Of a stretch of 64,000 nucleotides of DNA, positions 1-13,858 are shown in pieces (position 1 is the first letter of the stretch; each line of letters begins with the position of its first letter). The translations under genes and the position numbers were made by a program. The DNA comes from the human T2T-CHM13v2.0 reference genome, Homo sapiens. The notes beneath the pieces are model-generated. The model was given only the letters and a program-made list of their open reading frames with translations, made no database searches and was not told the origin of the DNA. The stretch is taken from assembly GCF_009914755.1 (NCBI RefSeq), contig NC_060938.1. One strand, written 5' to 3'.

Positions 1-2389
1 TATATTTTCACCAACATTCTTTTACTTAATGGTAGTAATCTGCTGTCAAATGAATACTGGAATGCTTCCTCAACTCCCAGCAAAACCAAGAAAATGAACA
101 AAATCGTTGGTTGATGTCATTTTATTTGTATGAGGAAGCATTATTAAATATAATCCATGGTTTGCAAAGCTAATTTGCTAAAAGTTAACCCTATATACGA
201 ATGTAAACATTTCAAATACTAAAGTTATTTTTTACATTTATTTTTAAAATAATGTTTATCTGAATGAGTAATGAAAAATAAGCTCTTGTTTTGTAAAAAC
301 TTATTCTGATATACAGTGACCATTCATACTTTTCAGTTCAATATAAAGCAATGCCCTCACACTGTAAAATGAAAGAATAAGATGAGTTTGGGACATTAAA
401 GTATATAAACAAGTCTCCCAAACTCAGAGACTACAAGGTAACCACTACCTTCAGGAGTGCCTTGTTTGATAATAATTGGTTATTTTATTTTTAATTTAAA
501 TCATTCCATTTTAATTTTAATATTTTTATTTAGGGCACACATTAGATCCACTGCCTTTTCCCTCATTACCTAATACAGGGCAGGCTATATTTATGAACTG
601 ACTAATATCTAGGAGCATGTGTATTTTAATGTTCTAATCTAGAATATTTATTCAGTGGGTCTAAAGTATGGCCCCCCAAAAAAACTGTGTTTGTAATAAA
701 CACCACTCCTACATCTCTCTTTGATTAATTCAAATGCAAATCTCCTAAAAATCATAGCTTTAAAAATAAAATGATTACACATTTGACCTAGGATTAAGTC
801 AGGTATTTTAAATGCATACAAGGTTAATGTATATAAATTTTTGACTCTGTGGTCATCATCCAAAACTCTGTCAAGATATTAGGTCAACATGGCTACAAAT
901 AAAGCAGTTTAACATTTATGTTTCTTGCTTAGTTGGCAAAACAGGCTTGTGTTCTTTGTGTCTAGAAAAAGTCACACAAAATAAAACAAAACAAATAAAA
1001 AAACTATTAAAAATATCTTCAAAAATCTTCACAATGATTGGTTCACAATATTCTCAAATATTGAAGTCTTTGGTATGCACCAAGTGATATTTTGTGTTCT
1101 AGAAATAAAAAAAGTTAAATAAGTTACTATTTTTGAACTAATTAAGGTCAACTTAAACATAGCCATAAAGACAGCAGATTTATATTTACTACTTCCTGCT
1201 TTTGTTTTTCTATCCACATTATATCTGATAAACCCTCTTTTCTTCCCCCCTTTTTGAGACTATTGTATTAAGTGTTTTCAAACTGATTAAAGAGGTTCCT
1301 CTACTATCATGCACAGCTTCCTGCCCAAGCTTGGTCCAAAGCTCCTCTCATCTACCCCTGCCTGTATTTTTATTATATTTTTCCTACACTGATGGATATT
1401 CACAAAGATTTGGCTATAAGATTTTTAATTATAGAATAATTTTCAATAATTTGAAACATCTGAATTTTCAAAAACAAAGAATTGCTTGATAAAATTGGGG
1501 AATATTTTTTGGTCATAGAATTTTATAAAATCATATTTTTACAGAAATGTTTTTAATGAATAGAGAAAATAGTCACAATGTTTATAAATATTGACAAACT
1601 TAAAAGTATTTATAAGGAGTAACATTTGATTCTAATTGTGCATATATTTGTGAAGCTAATTGAGCTAATTGGTAATTTATGATCTCATGTCTTTCAGATC
1701 AAGTGACTTGTCTTGCATCTGTTACAGTGCAAATTTCAGATCCCTTATTCAAGAATTTCCTGACCATATGAAAAAATTCAAGCTAATTACAAAAATGTGT
1801 ATATCTTCATCTTATTTACCAGCATTACTGCAGCTCACTACCTCTCCAATGTAGCTTGAACTTCCGCATAGAGAAAATCATAAATCCTATTCTTGATTTC
1901 CTAGTATAACATCTACCTTACTGATTATATACGTGATACATTGATATTTCTTTCAATTATAGATTAAAGGCCATTATTTAGGAGGCTGACAGGATTTTTG
2001 TTTAAATTTTCTGAATTGAACAAAATAAAAATGTTTAAGCAGCTTAGACTAAGAGATATGGAAGCCAGTTGTTTGATCAAAATCCAGATTTTGAACATAT
2101 TATAGAAATTATAGAATGATAGGTAAACATCATGGAATGGCAACCTGAATATTTTGGCAGCAATACTGTCAGACATTTATTTATCCATAAAAATATACAC
2201 ATGCACATATATAATGTTACTTACATGGGATAACATCATCTATGTTGTTTTTATGCCTCATGCCATAACTGTCTATTATATATCCTCCGTTCTATATATT
2301 TTTCTTTAATATTATGCCATATATAGATGTAACCATATATATGTATACATACATATGTGCACATTTTTGGTTTCTAAATATGAGTCAGA

Positions 2390-3290
2390 CAGGGAATAAC
2401 ATAAGCATGTTTTATGCATTTTTTTACTCATGAAATGACAAATTTTGATATATTACTAATCCATCTGTAAGCTCAATTCATTCTTCTATATAAATATGTA
2501 GTTATTAATGTTTTGGATATATCAAAATATAGTCAACCAGTGCTTATCAGTGCTTATTTGGTTTTTGTTCTTGTCATCTTGAAATAATATTGCAATAAAC
2601 ATCCTCTGTATATATGCCCTTAGGAATTGGCACTTTATTCCTATGGTATAGCTGCTCAAGAGTGGAACTGTTATATGTGATAGTATAATAATATTTAATT
2701 TTAATAGATATTTTATGATCATCTTAACAAGAATTTGACACTTGAATCTTTAACCAGTGATGCATGATATTCACTCACATCCCAAACAAGTTGCATATCC
2801 ATTTAAAATTTTTGACAGTCTGAGAGATATACATTGATAATTCACTTTTATTTAATTTGTGTAGCCCTATTAGAGAGATTTAGTATATTCATACTATTTG
2901 AATATTTGGCCAATTCAATTTGCTCTTCTTTCTGTTCACATTATTTGTTTACTAAAGGTTTTAAGTATATTAAATTATTGCAGAAATTATTGCTTCATTT
3001 GCTATGTGGATTAAAACCTATTGGCCCTATGAATAACTAGTGTATTGGCATTGCTTATAATTTATTTTCCAGAGTAATGGCTAAGCATATTTAAATAACA
3101 TTTATAGATATTCACATTGTAACTTGTAATTTTGCAGTCTTGGGAAGTAAGCTATTCTTCTTCTTTATATTTTAAATGTAATATAGATTTCCATGAAAGA
3201 CTTTTATTGTGCAACTTTGGACATCTAATTCTTTAATCTGACTGAAATATTGTTAATACTATGCAGTACTTTGTTATTTTTATATTTATG
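2390..3290 (-). mobile_element. Ancient, highly diverged L1M (L1ME-like) 3'/ORF2 fragment; probably continues after 7540, split by the younger L1
   Basis: Degenerate antisense L1 motifs, e.g. 'aataatattgcaataaacatcctctgtatatatg...agagtggaactg'. Boundaries are approximate. Confidence 0.5.
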
Positions 3291-3307
3291 GATATCATAA
3301 AATCTTT

Positions 3308-6300
3308 ATTTTAATTTTTGTGGATATATACTAGATGTATATATTTGTGGTTTACATAGGATGTTTTGGTATAGGCATGCAATGCATAATAATCATGTCA
3401 TGTAAAATGAGGCATCCATACCCTCAAACATTTACCTTTGTGTTACAAACAATCTAATTATATTCTTTTAGTTATTTGAAAATGTACAATTAAATTATTA
3501 TTGACTATAGTTAACATGTTGTGCTATCAAATGGTAGATTTATTCATTCTTTCTAATTTTTGTTTGCACTAACTTTCCCCACTTGCCACCCCCCATCCCT
3601 CACTACCCTTCCTAGACTCTGATAACCATCCTTCTACTCTCTAGCTCCGTTAGTTCAATTGTTTTTACTTTTAGATACCATGAATAAATGAGAACATATG
3701 ATGTTTTTCTTTCTGCACCTGGCTTATTTCACTTACTATAATGACCTCCAGTTCCAACCATGCTGTTGCAAATATCTGGATCTCACTCTTTTGTATGGCG
3801 TAGCCTCTTACTGAATTGACCTCTTTATCCTCATATAGTGAGCTTCTTTGTCTTTTCTTTTAGATTTTGTGTTAAAATCTAATTTTTTTTCCTGGTATAA
3901 GCATAGTTACTCCTACTCTTTTTTGGTTTCCATCAGCATGGAATATCTTTGTCCATCCCCTCATTTTCAGTCTATTTGTGTCTTTATGGGTCTTGCTTTT
4001 GTTGAAAATCATTCAGCCACTCTGTGTTTTTTCATTGGATAGTTTAGTCCATTTTCATTCAATGTTATTATTGATAAGTAGGAACTAACTCCTGCCATTT
4101 TGTTATTTGTTTACTGGTTGTGTTTTGGTCATCTATTTTTTTTTCTTTCATTCGTGTCTTCCTTTTATAAATTATATAATAAAGTGCTGGTGGACTGCAT
4201 TTATGCAGTATAAAATGTTAGAATTAGGTAAAATTTTAAATTGCCAGATAAGTATAAAATAATTTGTATATATTTGATTTAAGATTAGAAGTTGATTTTC
4301 TCCGGTAGTATATTTTAATTTCTTGTTTTTTATTTATTTCTTATCCATTGTATATTTTTTGATTTGAGGTTACCATGATGCTTGCACATACTATCTTATA
4401 ACCCATTATTTTAAGCTAGTAACAACTTACCATCATTTGCATAAACAAGCAAAAAGAAAACTAATGAAGACTCTACACCATAACTTTATCCCTCTGCTTC
4501 TTAACTTTTTATTGTTTCTGTTTATATCTTATTGTACTGTCTATAACTTGAAAAGTTGTTGTACTTATTATTTTTGATTGGTTCATCATTTATTCTTACT
4601 TAAAAGTAGTTTACACACCACAGTTACAGTGTTATAATAGTCAGTAATTTTTTGTGTACTTGCTATTACCCGTGATATTTGTACCTTCAGATGATTTCTT
4701 ATTGCTCATCAATGTATTTTTCTTTCTCACTGAAATATCACCTTTACCATTTCTTGTAGGACAGGTCTGGTGTTGATAAAATCCTTCAGCTTTTGTTTGT
4801 CTGGGAAAGTCTTTATTTCTTCTTCATGGTTGAGGGATATTTTCACTGGGTATAATGTTTTAGAGTAGAAGGTTTTTTCCTTTACCATCTAATAATACAA
4901 TTTGTCATGCCACTATCTCCTCCTGTAAGGTTTCCGCTGAAAATCTGCTGCTAGATGTATTGGAGCTCCATTACATGTTATTTGTTTCTATTGTGTTGCT
5001 GCTTTAAGGTACGTTCTTTATCCTTAACATTTGGGAGTTTGATTATTAAATGTCTTGAAGTAGTTCTTTTGGTTAAATCTGCTTGGTGCTCTATAACCTT
5101 TGTGGACTTGGATATTAATATCCTTCTTTGTCTTTAGGGAGTTCTCTGTTATTAACCCTTTGAATAAACTTTCTACCCCTGTCACTTTCTCTACCTCCTC
5201 TTTAAGGCCGATAACTCTTAGATTTGCCATTTTGAGGCTATTTTCTAAATCCTTTGGGTGTGCTTTATTTTTTAAATTCTTTTTTCATTTGTCTCCTCTG
5301 ACTATGTATTTTCAAATAGCCTGTCTTCAAGCTCACTAATTCTTTCTTCTGGTTATCAATTTTGCTATTAAAAGACCCTGATGCAGTCTTCCATATGCCA
5401 ACTTCATTTTTCAGCTCCAGAATTTCTGTTTAATTCCCTTTAATGATTTCAATCTTTTTGTTAAATTTATCTGATAGAATTCTGAATTCCTCCTCTGGGT
5501 TACCTTGAATTTTTTTGACTTTTCTCAACACAGCTGTTTTGAATTATCTCTCTCTGAAAGGCCACATATCTGTTTTTTTCCAGGATTGGTCCCTAGTACC
5601 TTGTTTAGTTGATTTGGTGATTTTAGGTTTTCCTGGATGGTCTTGATACATGTAGATGTTTGTCTGTGCTGGCCATTGAAGAGTTAGATATTTATTGTAG
5701 TCTCCTTAGTCTGGACTTGTTTGTACTCGTCCATCTTGGGGATGCTTTCCAGACATTTGAAAGGACTTGGGTGCAGTGATCTAAGCTATATCGGCTTTAG
5801 GAGGCACCACAAGCCCAGTAATACTGTGATTCTTGCAGATGCATAAAGGTACCACCTTGATAATCTTGAAGAAGATTTGGAATAATTATCTGGATTACCA
5901 GGCAAAGACTCTTTTTCTCTTCTCTGTTATAAGCCACCTGGAAGTGGGTGGTTGTGGACATCACCTCTAAGACTCTGCGGGATCAGACCTAAAGTGAGAA
6001 CAGTACTGTGTCTCAACGAAGGACCACTGTAACCACTACCTGACTACCACCTATGTTTGTTCAAGGACTTGGGACTCTACAGTCAGCAGACAGCAAAGTC
6101 AGATAGGCTGGGTCCTTCATTTCTAGGCAGTGAGTTCCCCCAGTCCTCAGATGTGTCCAGAGGTGCTGTCTGGGATCTAGAGACTGGAGTGAAAATCCTT
6201 TGAAGTCTATCTGGTGTTGTACTGTACTATGGCTAAGCTGTAACTCGAAACACAAGATGCAGCCCTTCCCACCCCTTTACAAAGGCTGAGGTTCCTTACC

Positions 6301-7525
6301 CTATGATTACCATCACCACAGGCCCACTGGGAGTACTGAAGACTACCACTGATGTTTCCTAAAGGCCCAGGGTCTCTTAAGTCAGCTTGTGGTGAATGCT
6401 GACTTTGCCTGGGACTCACTCTTCAGGGTTGTAGGCGCTCCTCTGGCCCAGGGTGGGTTCAGAAATGCCCTCCAAGAGCCAAGTTCTTGAACTGGGGACT
6501 CCAAGAGTCTGCTTGGTGCTCTACCTCATTGTGGCTGAGCTAGTACCTGAATCTGGCAAGTCTCTGAGTCTCACCCAAGGCCATTGACATAGTAGCTAGG
6601 TAACACTGCTAGTTATTCAGGGCCCAAGGGCTCCTCAGTTAGCAGGTGATGAATCCTGCCAGTACTAGGCCATTTCTTTCAAGGCAATGGGCTCCCTTCT
6701 GGCCCAGAGTGTGTCTACAAATGTCATCCAGGAGCTAGGGCCTGGAAAGGGGGCCTCATGACTCTGACCGGAGCCACATTCTGCTGTGGCTGAGCTGGTA
6801 TTCAAGATGCAAGATAAAGTCTTCCCTATTCTGCCCTTTCCTCTCCTCAAGTGGAGGGAAGGGATATCTTTTGGAGCCATAAACTGTGCAGACTGGGTTT
6901 AGAGGAGAGATGATACCGACACTCTCTTAGCTTTCCCAGCTGGTGCCTCAGTAGGTTGCTCTAGCCCCTAGTCTGCTGTCTCTGGTCCCTGTTCAGCACT
7001 AGGACTTGTTTAAGATTTGCAGTCCTAGTGTCCTAGACCACCTTTCAGGTTTATTTGGAGCCTCGGTGCACTTTAGCCCATGGTGGTGAGGCTTGTGAGA
7101 TATCAATTTCTCACCACTCGCATTGTCAATTCCCCTCTGCCTAGGACTGAGTTCAATGCTCCCTCCATGGGTGACCACAAGCTCAGTTGGGTCTCATTTT
7201 GTTCTTTATTATAATAAGGCAACTCTGAGTTCAATGCATCATCATTTTTGGACTCTCCCTCTTCCCAGTGCACAAAAATGCTCTCCACATCACACCGCCA
7301 CTTAAAGGGGATTCGGAAGGAATGACGTTTTTAACTTAAGACCCTCTTCGGTGCATCTTTCAGCAACATGAATTAAAAACAACATTCTGTGAGTGCTCAC
7401 CTGACTTTTTGCCTGTTATGAAGGTGTTTTTTGTGTGTAGGTAGTTGTTAAATTGGTGTCCTTGTGGTGGGGTGGTGGCGGCGATGATCAGTGTAGCCTT
7501 CTATTTTGCCTTCTTGCTCTTCCCC
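3308..7525 (-). mobile_element. L1MA-type LINE-1 retaining 5' end, ORF1, start of ORF2 and 3'UTR, with most of ORF2 deleted
   Basis: L1MA-like 3'UTR at 3310-3800; endonuclease-region sequence from ~3800; ORF1p remnant (ORF 5024..5230, NLRVIGLKEEVEK...GVESLFKGLITEN); L1 5' terminus 'agccttctattttgccttcttgct' near 7500-7520; degenerate TSD tatcataaaatcttt (3293-3307) / tgtcctagaatgttt (7527-7541). Confidence 0.85.
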
Positions 7526-8656
7526 ATGTCCTAGAATGTTTTCCTATATGACGTATGACAAGAATTCAGTTTTTATCTTCTTCCTGTAGTTTTTTAGTGA
7601 GGTTATTATTATTTAATAAATAGGTCCTTCTTTTCCCAACGTTGTACTTAAGATGTTTTTGCCATTATCAGGAGATTAGATTAGCGTGGCTTCATTTATA
7701 TATATGTGTGTGTATATATACATAAAATAATGTATAAACAATGTATATTAGTTTTTATTTGTATTTTATATAGAAATTTTCTATTAAATTTGTATATTAA
7801 AGGGGGACATCGATATTTTTACATTTTGATTATTTTCATTCAAGAACATGTTATAACTAATTTATTCAAATATTATGTTGTGTTTCTTAAAATCATTTTT
7901 CATAGTTGGGATATTTGTTATATTAATTTGTCTGCATTTTAACTTTTGGTTGCTATTTCAAAGAGAATATATTTGCTTGCCATTTTTTAAGTTTTTGTTT
8001 CCTAGAGTAATAAAAAATTGATCTTTGTAATATTTTGGAGCCAGATACTTTCGTATATTATCATATTAATTTTCAGGTTTTCATATTCAAGATATTTGCT
8101 TTTATGTTTTCTGATATTCAATGTATATTAGTTTCTGTTTGTATTTTATATAGAAATTTTCTAAGTATGAGTTTCGACTTTTATCAAATGACTTTTTATC
8201 ATCTACTGAGTATCACAGAAATATTTTCCCTTTAAAATGAAAAAAAAAAGCCAACAGCTGGGCAACACTGCCTTAGAAGATTTGACAAATATAGTTACCT
8301 ATCAAACATCTAAATTATGGAAAATTATTCCAACTAAATGAAAAGCAATACAGGAGGCTGTGGAAGACACATACAGCTGTGTGATTAAGGTGGAGGTTTG
8401 GGGAAGAAACAACAATAACAAAACAAGTGCAGAGTCAATATTTCAACTTCGCAGGCAATAATGTCAAATATATAAAGTGCAAATCAGTTATTTCAGTTGT
8501 GACTAAATTTAAGGTCTTTATATCCAATTACTTCTGGTTATAAAATGAATAGAAGGAGCAAGAAAAGAGAAAGATGATTTGAACCCAAATTTTAAGACAA
8601 CAAGATTTAAAACACAAAGTTATACACAATATAGAAGATTGTGATATTTGGGAATT

Positions 8657-8720
8657 CTCTGTGTGTGTGTGTACGTGTTTTATAGAGAGTGTGTGTGTGT
8701 GTGCATGAGAGAGAGAGAGA
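8657..8720. repeat. (TG)n/(GA)n compound microsatellite
   Basis: Visible directly in the sequence. Confidence 0.85.
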
Positions 8721-9489
8721 TTATATCTATACCTCTGTCTGAAAAACTCATTGAAAATGAAGAAAAAAGCTAAGAGAGTGAAATTGACCTCCAAGTGATG
8801 TTCAGAGTCAAGGCTGTTTTTCTCATATTAGAAAGCAGTTTACTTCATGCTGTTTTTGAGAAGGTGTCTTTTGAAACACTCAGTGATACAGTACTGAGTG
8901 GCAACAGCAGGAGGTAGAATGGGTTTTCTATCTTCAGTTTGGCAGACAGGGCTATTGAAACTACATGAAACTATAGGGTCAAGGATCATATCATCTTAAA
9001 GGCCATGTGGTGTTTTTTGTTGTTGTTATTGTTATTTTTTCAAGGCTGGAAGAATGTAAGTTTTTCAGTTTGGTATTTGGATCCAAAAGTTTGGAAGGAG
9101 ATACTTTTGTATGGAAAAATAAATAAATAAAACAAGGTATTTAGCCTTGATATAAACTGTGTTAAGATGACACAATGGTAAGTTTTACTTGTAAATAAAA
9201 AGTGAAAAAGTAGAATTATTATATAATAAAGTACTGGTGGAATGCATTAATGCAATATAAAAAGTTAGAGTTAGGTAAAATTTTAAATTTCCAGGTAAGT
9301 ATAAAATTTGTATATGTTTGATTTAAGAATAAAAGAGTGTTGTATATTTAGTTATTTCAAATAAAATTTAGTTCAGTTAGAAAGTATCTTCCAATATAAT
9401 TTTTTATTAAATTTTATTAAGACATTCACCATCTTAGAAATGGTACTAATATGGCATTGCCATATTGCAATCTCTCACCTTTTAAAATT

Positions 9490-10400
9490 CACTCATTCAT
9501 TCACATTGATGGAGCTCCTAGTTGTGCCAGTCACCATTCATATTCTTGGGCTCCATCAAGGAACCAAATAAAAATATTTGCCCTTATGAAGCTTATATTG
9601 TAATTGAGGAGACATATAGTAAACATAACAGAAAAGTAACATTATGCATTTTATAAAATGTTGCAAAATGATAGGTGTTATTAAAAATATAAGAAAAATG
9701 GGCTGAGGGAGTAATGCAATGTTAGGGTGAATGAAATGGTGATATTAGAGCAAGACTTGATAAGGTGAGGAAATTAACAGCTGATTGTCAGGTTGGAGAG
9801 TGGTGAAAGCAGAACTAGAGTAATTGCAAAGGCCCTAAGGGGGAGTATACTTGACAGTTACCAGGAATTTTAAGAAAACCATCTCAGCTAGAAGAGAGTG
9901 AACCATTGAGAGAATGGTAGGAAATGCAATCAGAAGTAAAGGAAAGGAAGGATTAGAACCTTGTAGTGGCTTTTATTCTGACCGTATTATGGATTCAGTG
10001 AGAGTTGTATGCAGAGGTTGCAGAGGAATGTCCTAATCTAATCTGATTTACATTTTTTTAAGGATTACTATAGCTATCATTTTCTGGATAAAACATGTCA
10101 GGGAGCCTGGGCTATGAAAAGTTTTTGGATTAATGGATGTATTTTGAATGTGAAATTTCCAAGTTTTTTTTTTTGTTTGTTTGTTTTTTGTTTTTTTTCT
10201 GATAGACAGGATGGAAGGTGTGTTAAAGAGAGTAAGGGTAACTGCAAAGTTTTGGACTGAGTAAGTAAAGGAATAAATTTGCCAACAACTGAGAAACATT
10301 GTAGGTGGCTCAGGTCTGGAGGAGAAAAATAACAAATTTGGTTTTATACAAGTTGAGCTGGCATTTATTACAGTTTTAAGTGGAGATGTTTGTATTAATA
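9490..10400 (-). mobile_element. LINE-2 (L2) fragment
   Basis: Antisense L2 3' end 'cattcattcacattgatggagctccctagttgtgccag', followed by purine-rich L2 body motifs ('gcaaaggccctaagg', 'aggattactatagct'). Confidence 0.7.
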
Positions 10401-12380
10401 TACAATGTGTTACATGTGTATGCAATATATATTTAAAATATTAGACTTATATAATATGTAGTATATAATAATATACTGTATATAATATAAATTCTTATCA
10501 AAATTCTGAAGCAGAGGTATATAATTTGAACTGGAATGCAAAACAAAGTGCAAATAAATAATTAGTAGCTAGTATCAAGAATGGTGGGATAGGAGTTCAA
10601 TATAAATTTTTTAAAGTATTCTGTTAACAATTTGCTATATAGCCTTGATTGTAGCATTCAATGTCCCCAATCCCCAATTACCAATAACCCTTAGCCTCAA
10701 TTATCACTTGTAAGGCTGCTATGATACTGTTTTCTCTGTTTTAATTCCAAAAATGAGCTCATTCAAAATACCAAGACTGTTATTGGCAAATAATTCTACA
10801 CAAAGATAATAAAAAATATAATAAAATGAATTAAACATTTAATTTATTGCAATTAAAAACACTCAGCTATTAGTGGAATTTTTATTTGTTTAAGTTTTGT
10901 TTTAGGAAAAGTATCACAATAAAATTTTCTTAACAATTAATGAATACTTTTCTGGTGGATGATATAGATGTGATGCATACAAATGCAAACCTGCAAGAGT
11001 CAAGGAAGTTTCCTATATGATTTCTGTCTTCATGCTTATCCATAGTAGAATCAGCTTATGTTCTGCGATGCATTAGGAATGTCATGGATCATACCAATCC
11101 GTATTGCAATTACCCAGTAGTCCGTAAATTTATTGAGGATAGTGACTCAGTTATCTTCATCTGAATAATTTGTGAACAGTCATTGACTCATGGTATTTAT
11201 GGATAAGTTAATAAATGTTTGCTGAATAAAATAATAGAGTCATGGTTCCTTTTTCCTCTGAGTTTACATTTGAAATATGAGAGCATTTAAAAATAAAAAT
11301 AAAGATCCAATAAAAAATATAAATATTTTGCTTTTAGTAATGGGTGTCCATAAATGAGTCTTTCTATTAATCCTGTAGAAAGCATGAAACACTGCTTTCA
11401 TTACTTCTATTTAAGGTACAGAAATTTTAAGTGATGTAATGATATATAAAACAGAAATAAGAGGTATAAATGTTTAAAACATTTAGACAGGTTTATCACA
11501 TTCTGAAGTAAATGTGCATACCTAGAAATAAAGAATATAAAATGTGAAACTGTCAAAATTCAAGTGTTTACTAAAGAAGCTATTTATAAGTCAAATTATG
11601 AACATCGAAAGCTTTGCCTTTTACCAGTAATAATTCATTTGGAGTTGTTTTTATAAGTCTTTGTCTTGGGAAACAAATGATTTCACTTAACTAATTGTAA
11701 TATATGTAGTATAATGTACAAATACAGGGTCAGAGAAAATGTGAAAGTGAAGTCAAGAAATCAAAGAAAGCAAAGTTGCTTACATACAAATCATTAGATG
11801 CTACATAGTTACTGTAGTTGAGTTGCAGGGTGACGGTATGTTTTCCTGGTGGACAAAGTGAAATTGAAAATACGACTAGTTGAAGATTTCTCCTGTGCAT
11901 GTGAAAAAGCAAACCCTGCAAAAAAACATAACTCTCACCAAATTAGCATACAATAACTTCCAAAAAAAGACCAAAAATTTTCTTAGCACCGAGAAAGCAA
12001 GGCAAATCACTCCAGTAGCACATAAAGGGAAAGTTTACATGGGTTCATTTCTCTTAGCCACTCTTAGTTAAAAAAAATTAAACGACAGAAATTAAATCAA
12101 TAAAAACAAACATTTAGAAGGCCACATATTGACCCAGTAATTATGAGACTTTCTTAGAGTTGCATTCAATACAATAATAAAATTTATTAAAGTAAAAAAA
12201 AATCTTTTAAATTTTTAAAATAAATTTTATTTAAAAGTGATCACTTCATCATTGGGGAACATTTGAAATAATATAAATTAGGTATTTTTAGGATAAATAT
12301 TAAACTACACAAAGACCTCATTTACAAAACCATTAAAATTTTCTAGTAATTTTTTCATTCAACAAATATTTATTGCTCTC

Positions 12381-12760
12381 TGATAGGGTTTGGCTGTGTC
12401 CCCACCCAAATCTCATCTTGAATTGCAATTCCCATAATCTCCATGTGTCATGGGAGGGACCAAAGGGGAGGTGATTTAATAATGTGGGCAATTAGTCCCA
12501 TGCTGCTGCTCTCATGACAGTGAGTGAGTTCTCATGAGATCTCATGGTTCTATAAGGGGCTTTTTCACCCTTTTGCTTAGCACTTCTCCTTCTTGCCATT
12601 CATGTGAAGAAGGATGTGTTTGCTTCCCCTTCTGCCATGATTGTAAGTTTCCTGAGGCCTCCCCAGCCATGTGGAACTGTGAATCCATTAAATCTCTTTC
12701 CTTTATGAATTACCTAGTCTCAGGCAGTTCTTTATAGCAGCATGGGAATGGACCTACACA
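12381..12760 (+). mobile_element. THE1 (THE1D-like) MaLR solo LTR inserted in an L2 fragment
   Basis: Starts 'tgatagggtttggctgtgtccccacccaaatctcatcttgaattg', contains 'gattgtaagtttcctgaggcctccccagccatg', ends ...ACA; L2 'cattcaacaaatatttattg' lies immediately upstream. Confidence 0.9.
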
Positions 12761-12985
12761 TCCTTATTGTGTATTATATTTTCCTGGGCATTGACAATCA
12801 ACTGAAGGAGAGGGAGACAATCTGGCATTGCAGAGTTTACCATTTTTCTTGGTGTTGGGAAGTGGGGGCATGGAAAAGTGAAAAGGCAGTTAGTATAACA
12901 TATTAATTGCTATGATGATAGAAATAAAGTGTGCTTTCAGAGGAATTAGGCACTGCCATTTAATGGAATAGAATTAATAACCCAA

Positions 12986-13477
12986 TGTATTAGTTTCCTA
13001 TTGTAGCCATAACAAATTATTACAAACTTAGTGGCTTAAAAAAACACAAATTGATTCTTTCACAGCTCTGAGTTCAAAAGTCTAAAGTGGTTTGGCAAGG
13101 CTGCATTCTCTCTGAAGGCTCTAGGGAAAAATCTGTTTCCTTGCCTTTGCTAGCTTCTAGGGACTGCTTATATTCCTTGACTCATGGCCCTTTCCTCCAT
13201 TTTCAAAGCCAGCAGCATAGCATCTTCAAATTTCTGTCTCTCTTTCTCTATCCTTTCATAGTCACCTCTTTCTGTAACTGACACTCCTGTCTCTTTCTTT
13301 TTAGGACACTTGAGATTACATTGGAGTGACCTAGATAACCCAAAATAACCTCTTCATCTCAAGACTTTTATATTAATCACATCAGCAAAGTTCCTTTTGC
13401 CATGTAAGGCAACATACACAAATGTTCCGGGGATTAGAACATGAATATATTTTGGGGTCATTATTCTGCCTACTACA
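12986..13477 (-). mobile_element. MLT1 (MLT1C/D-like) MaLR solo LTR
   Basis: 'tgtattagtttcctattgtagccataacaaattattacaaacttagtggcttaaa' ... 'attctgcctactaca'; near-perfect 5-bp TSD cccaa/cccag. Confidence 0.85.
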
Positions 13478-13488
13478 CCCAGGGAAGA

Positions 13489-13519
<31 letters not shown>

Positions 13520-13522
13520 TCT

Positions 13523-13573
<51 letters not shown>

Positions 13574-13858
13574 ATATATATATAATATATTATATATGTT
13601 ATATATAATATATAACATATATAATATATATATTATATATGTAATATATATAATATATATGTAATATATAATATATATGTAATATATATTATATATGTAA
13701 TATATATTATATATATGTAATATATAATATATATGTAATATATATTATATATGTAATATATATAATATATATGTAATATATAATATATATGTAATATATA
13801 TTATATATATTACATATATATTACATAAGTATATATATTACATATATATAATATATAT
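13489..13858. repeat. (TC)n-(TA)n microsatellite running into an AT-rich minisatellite (TATATATGTAATATATA-like units)
   Basis: Visible directly in the sequence. Confidence 0.95.

Noticed and set aside
330-445. Possible exon between tttcag (~335) and aag|gtaacc (~437)
   Set aside because: Splice-like motifs only, with no recognisable coding content or partner exons; expected by chance.
9030-9070. Possible 11-nt micro-exon (ttttcaag|gctggaagaat|gtaagt)
   Set aside because: No host gene is evident and it cannot be supported without transcript data.
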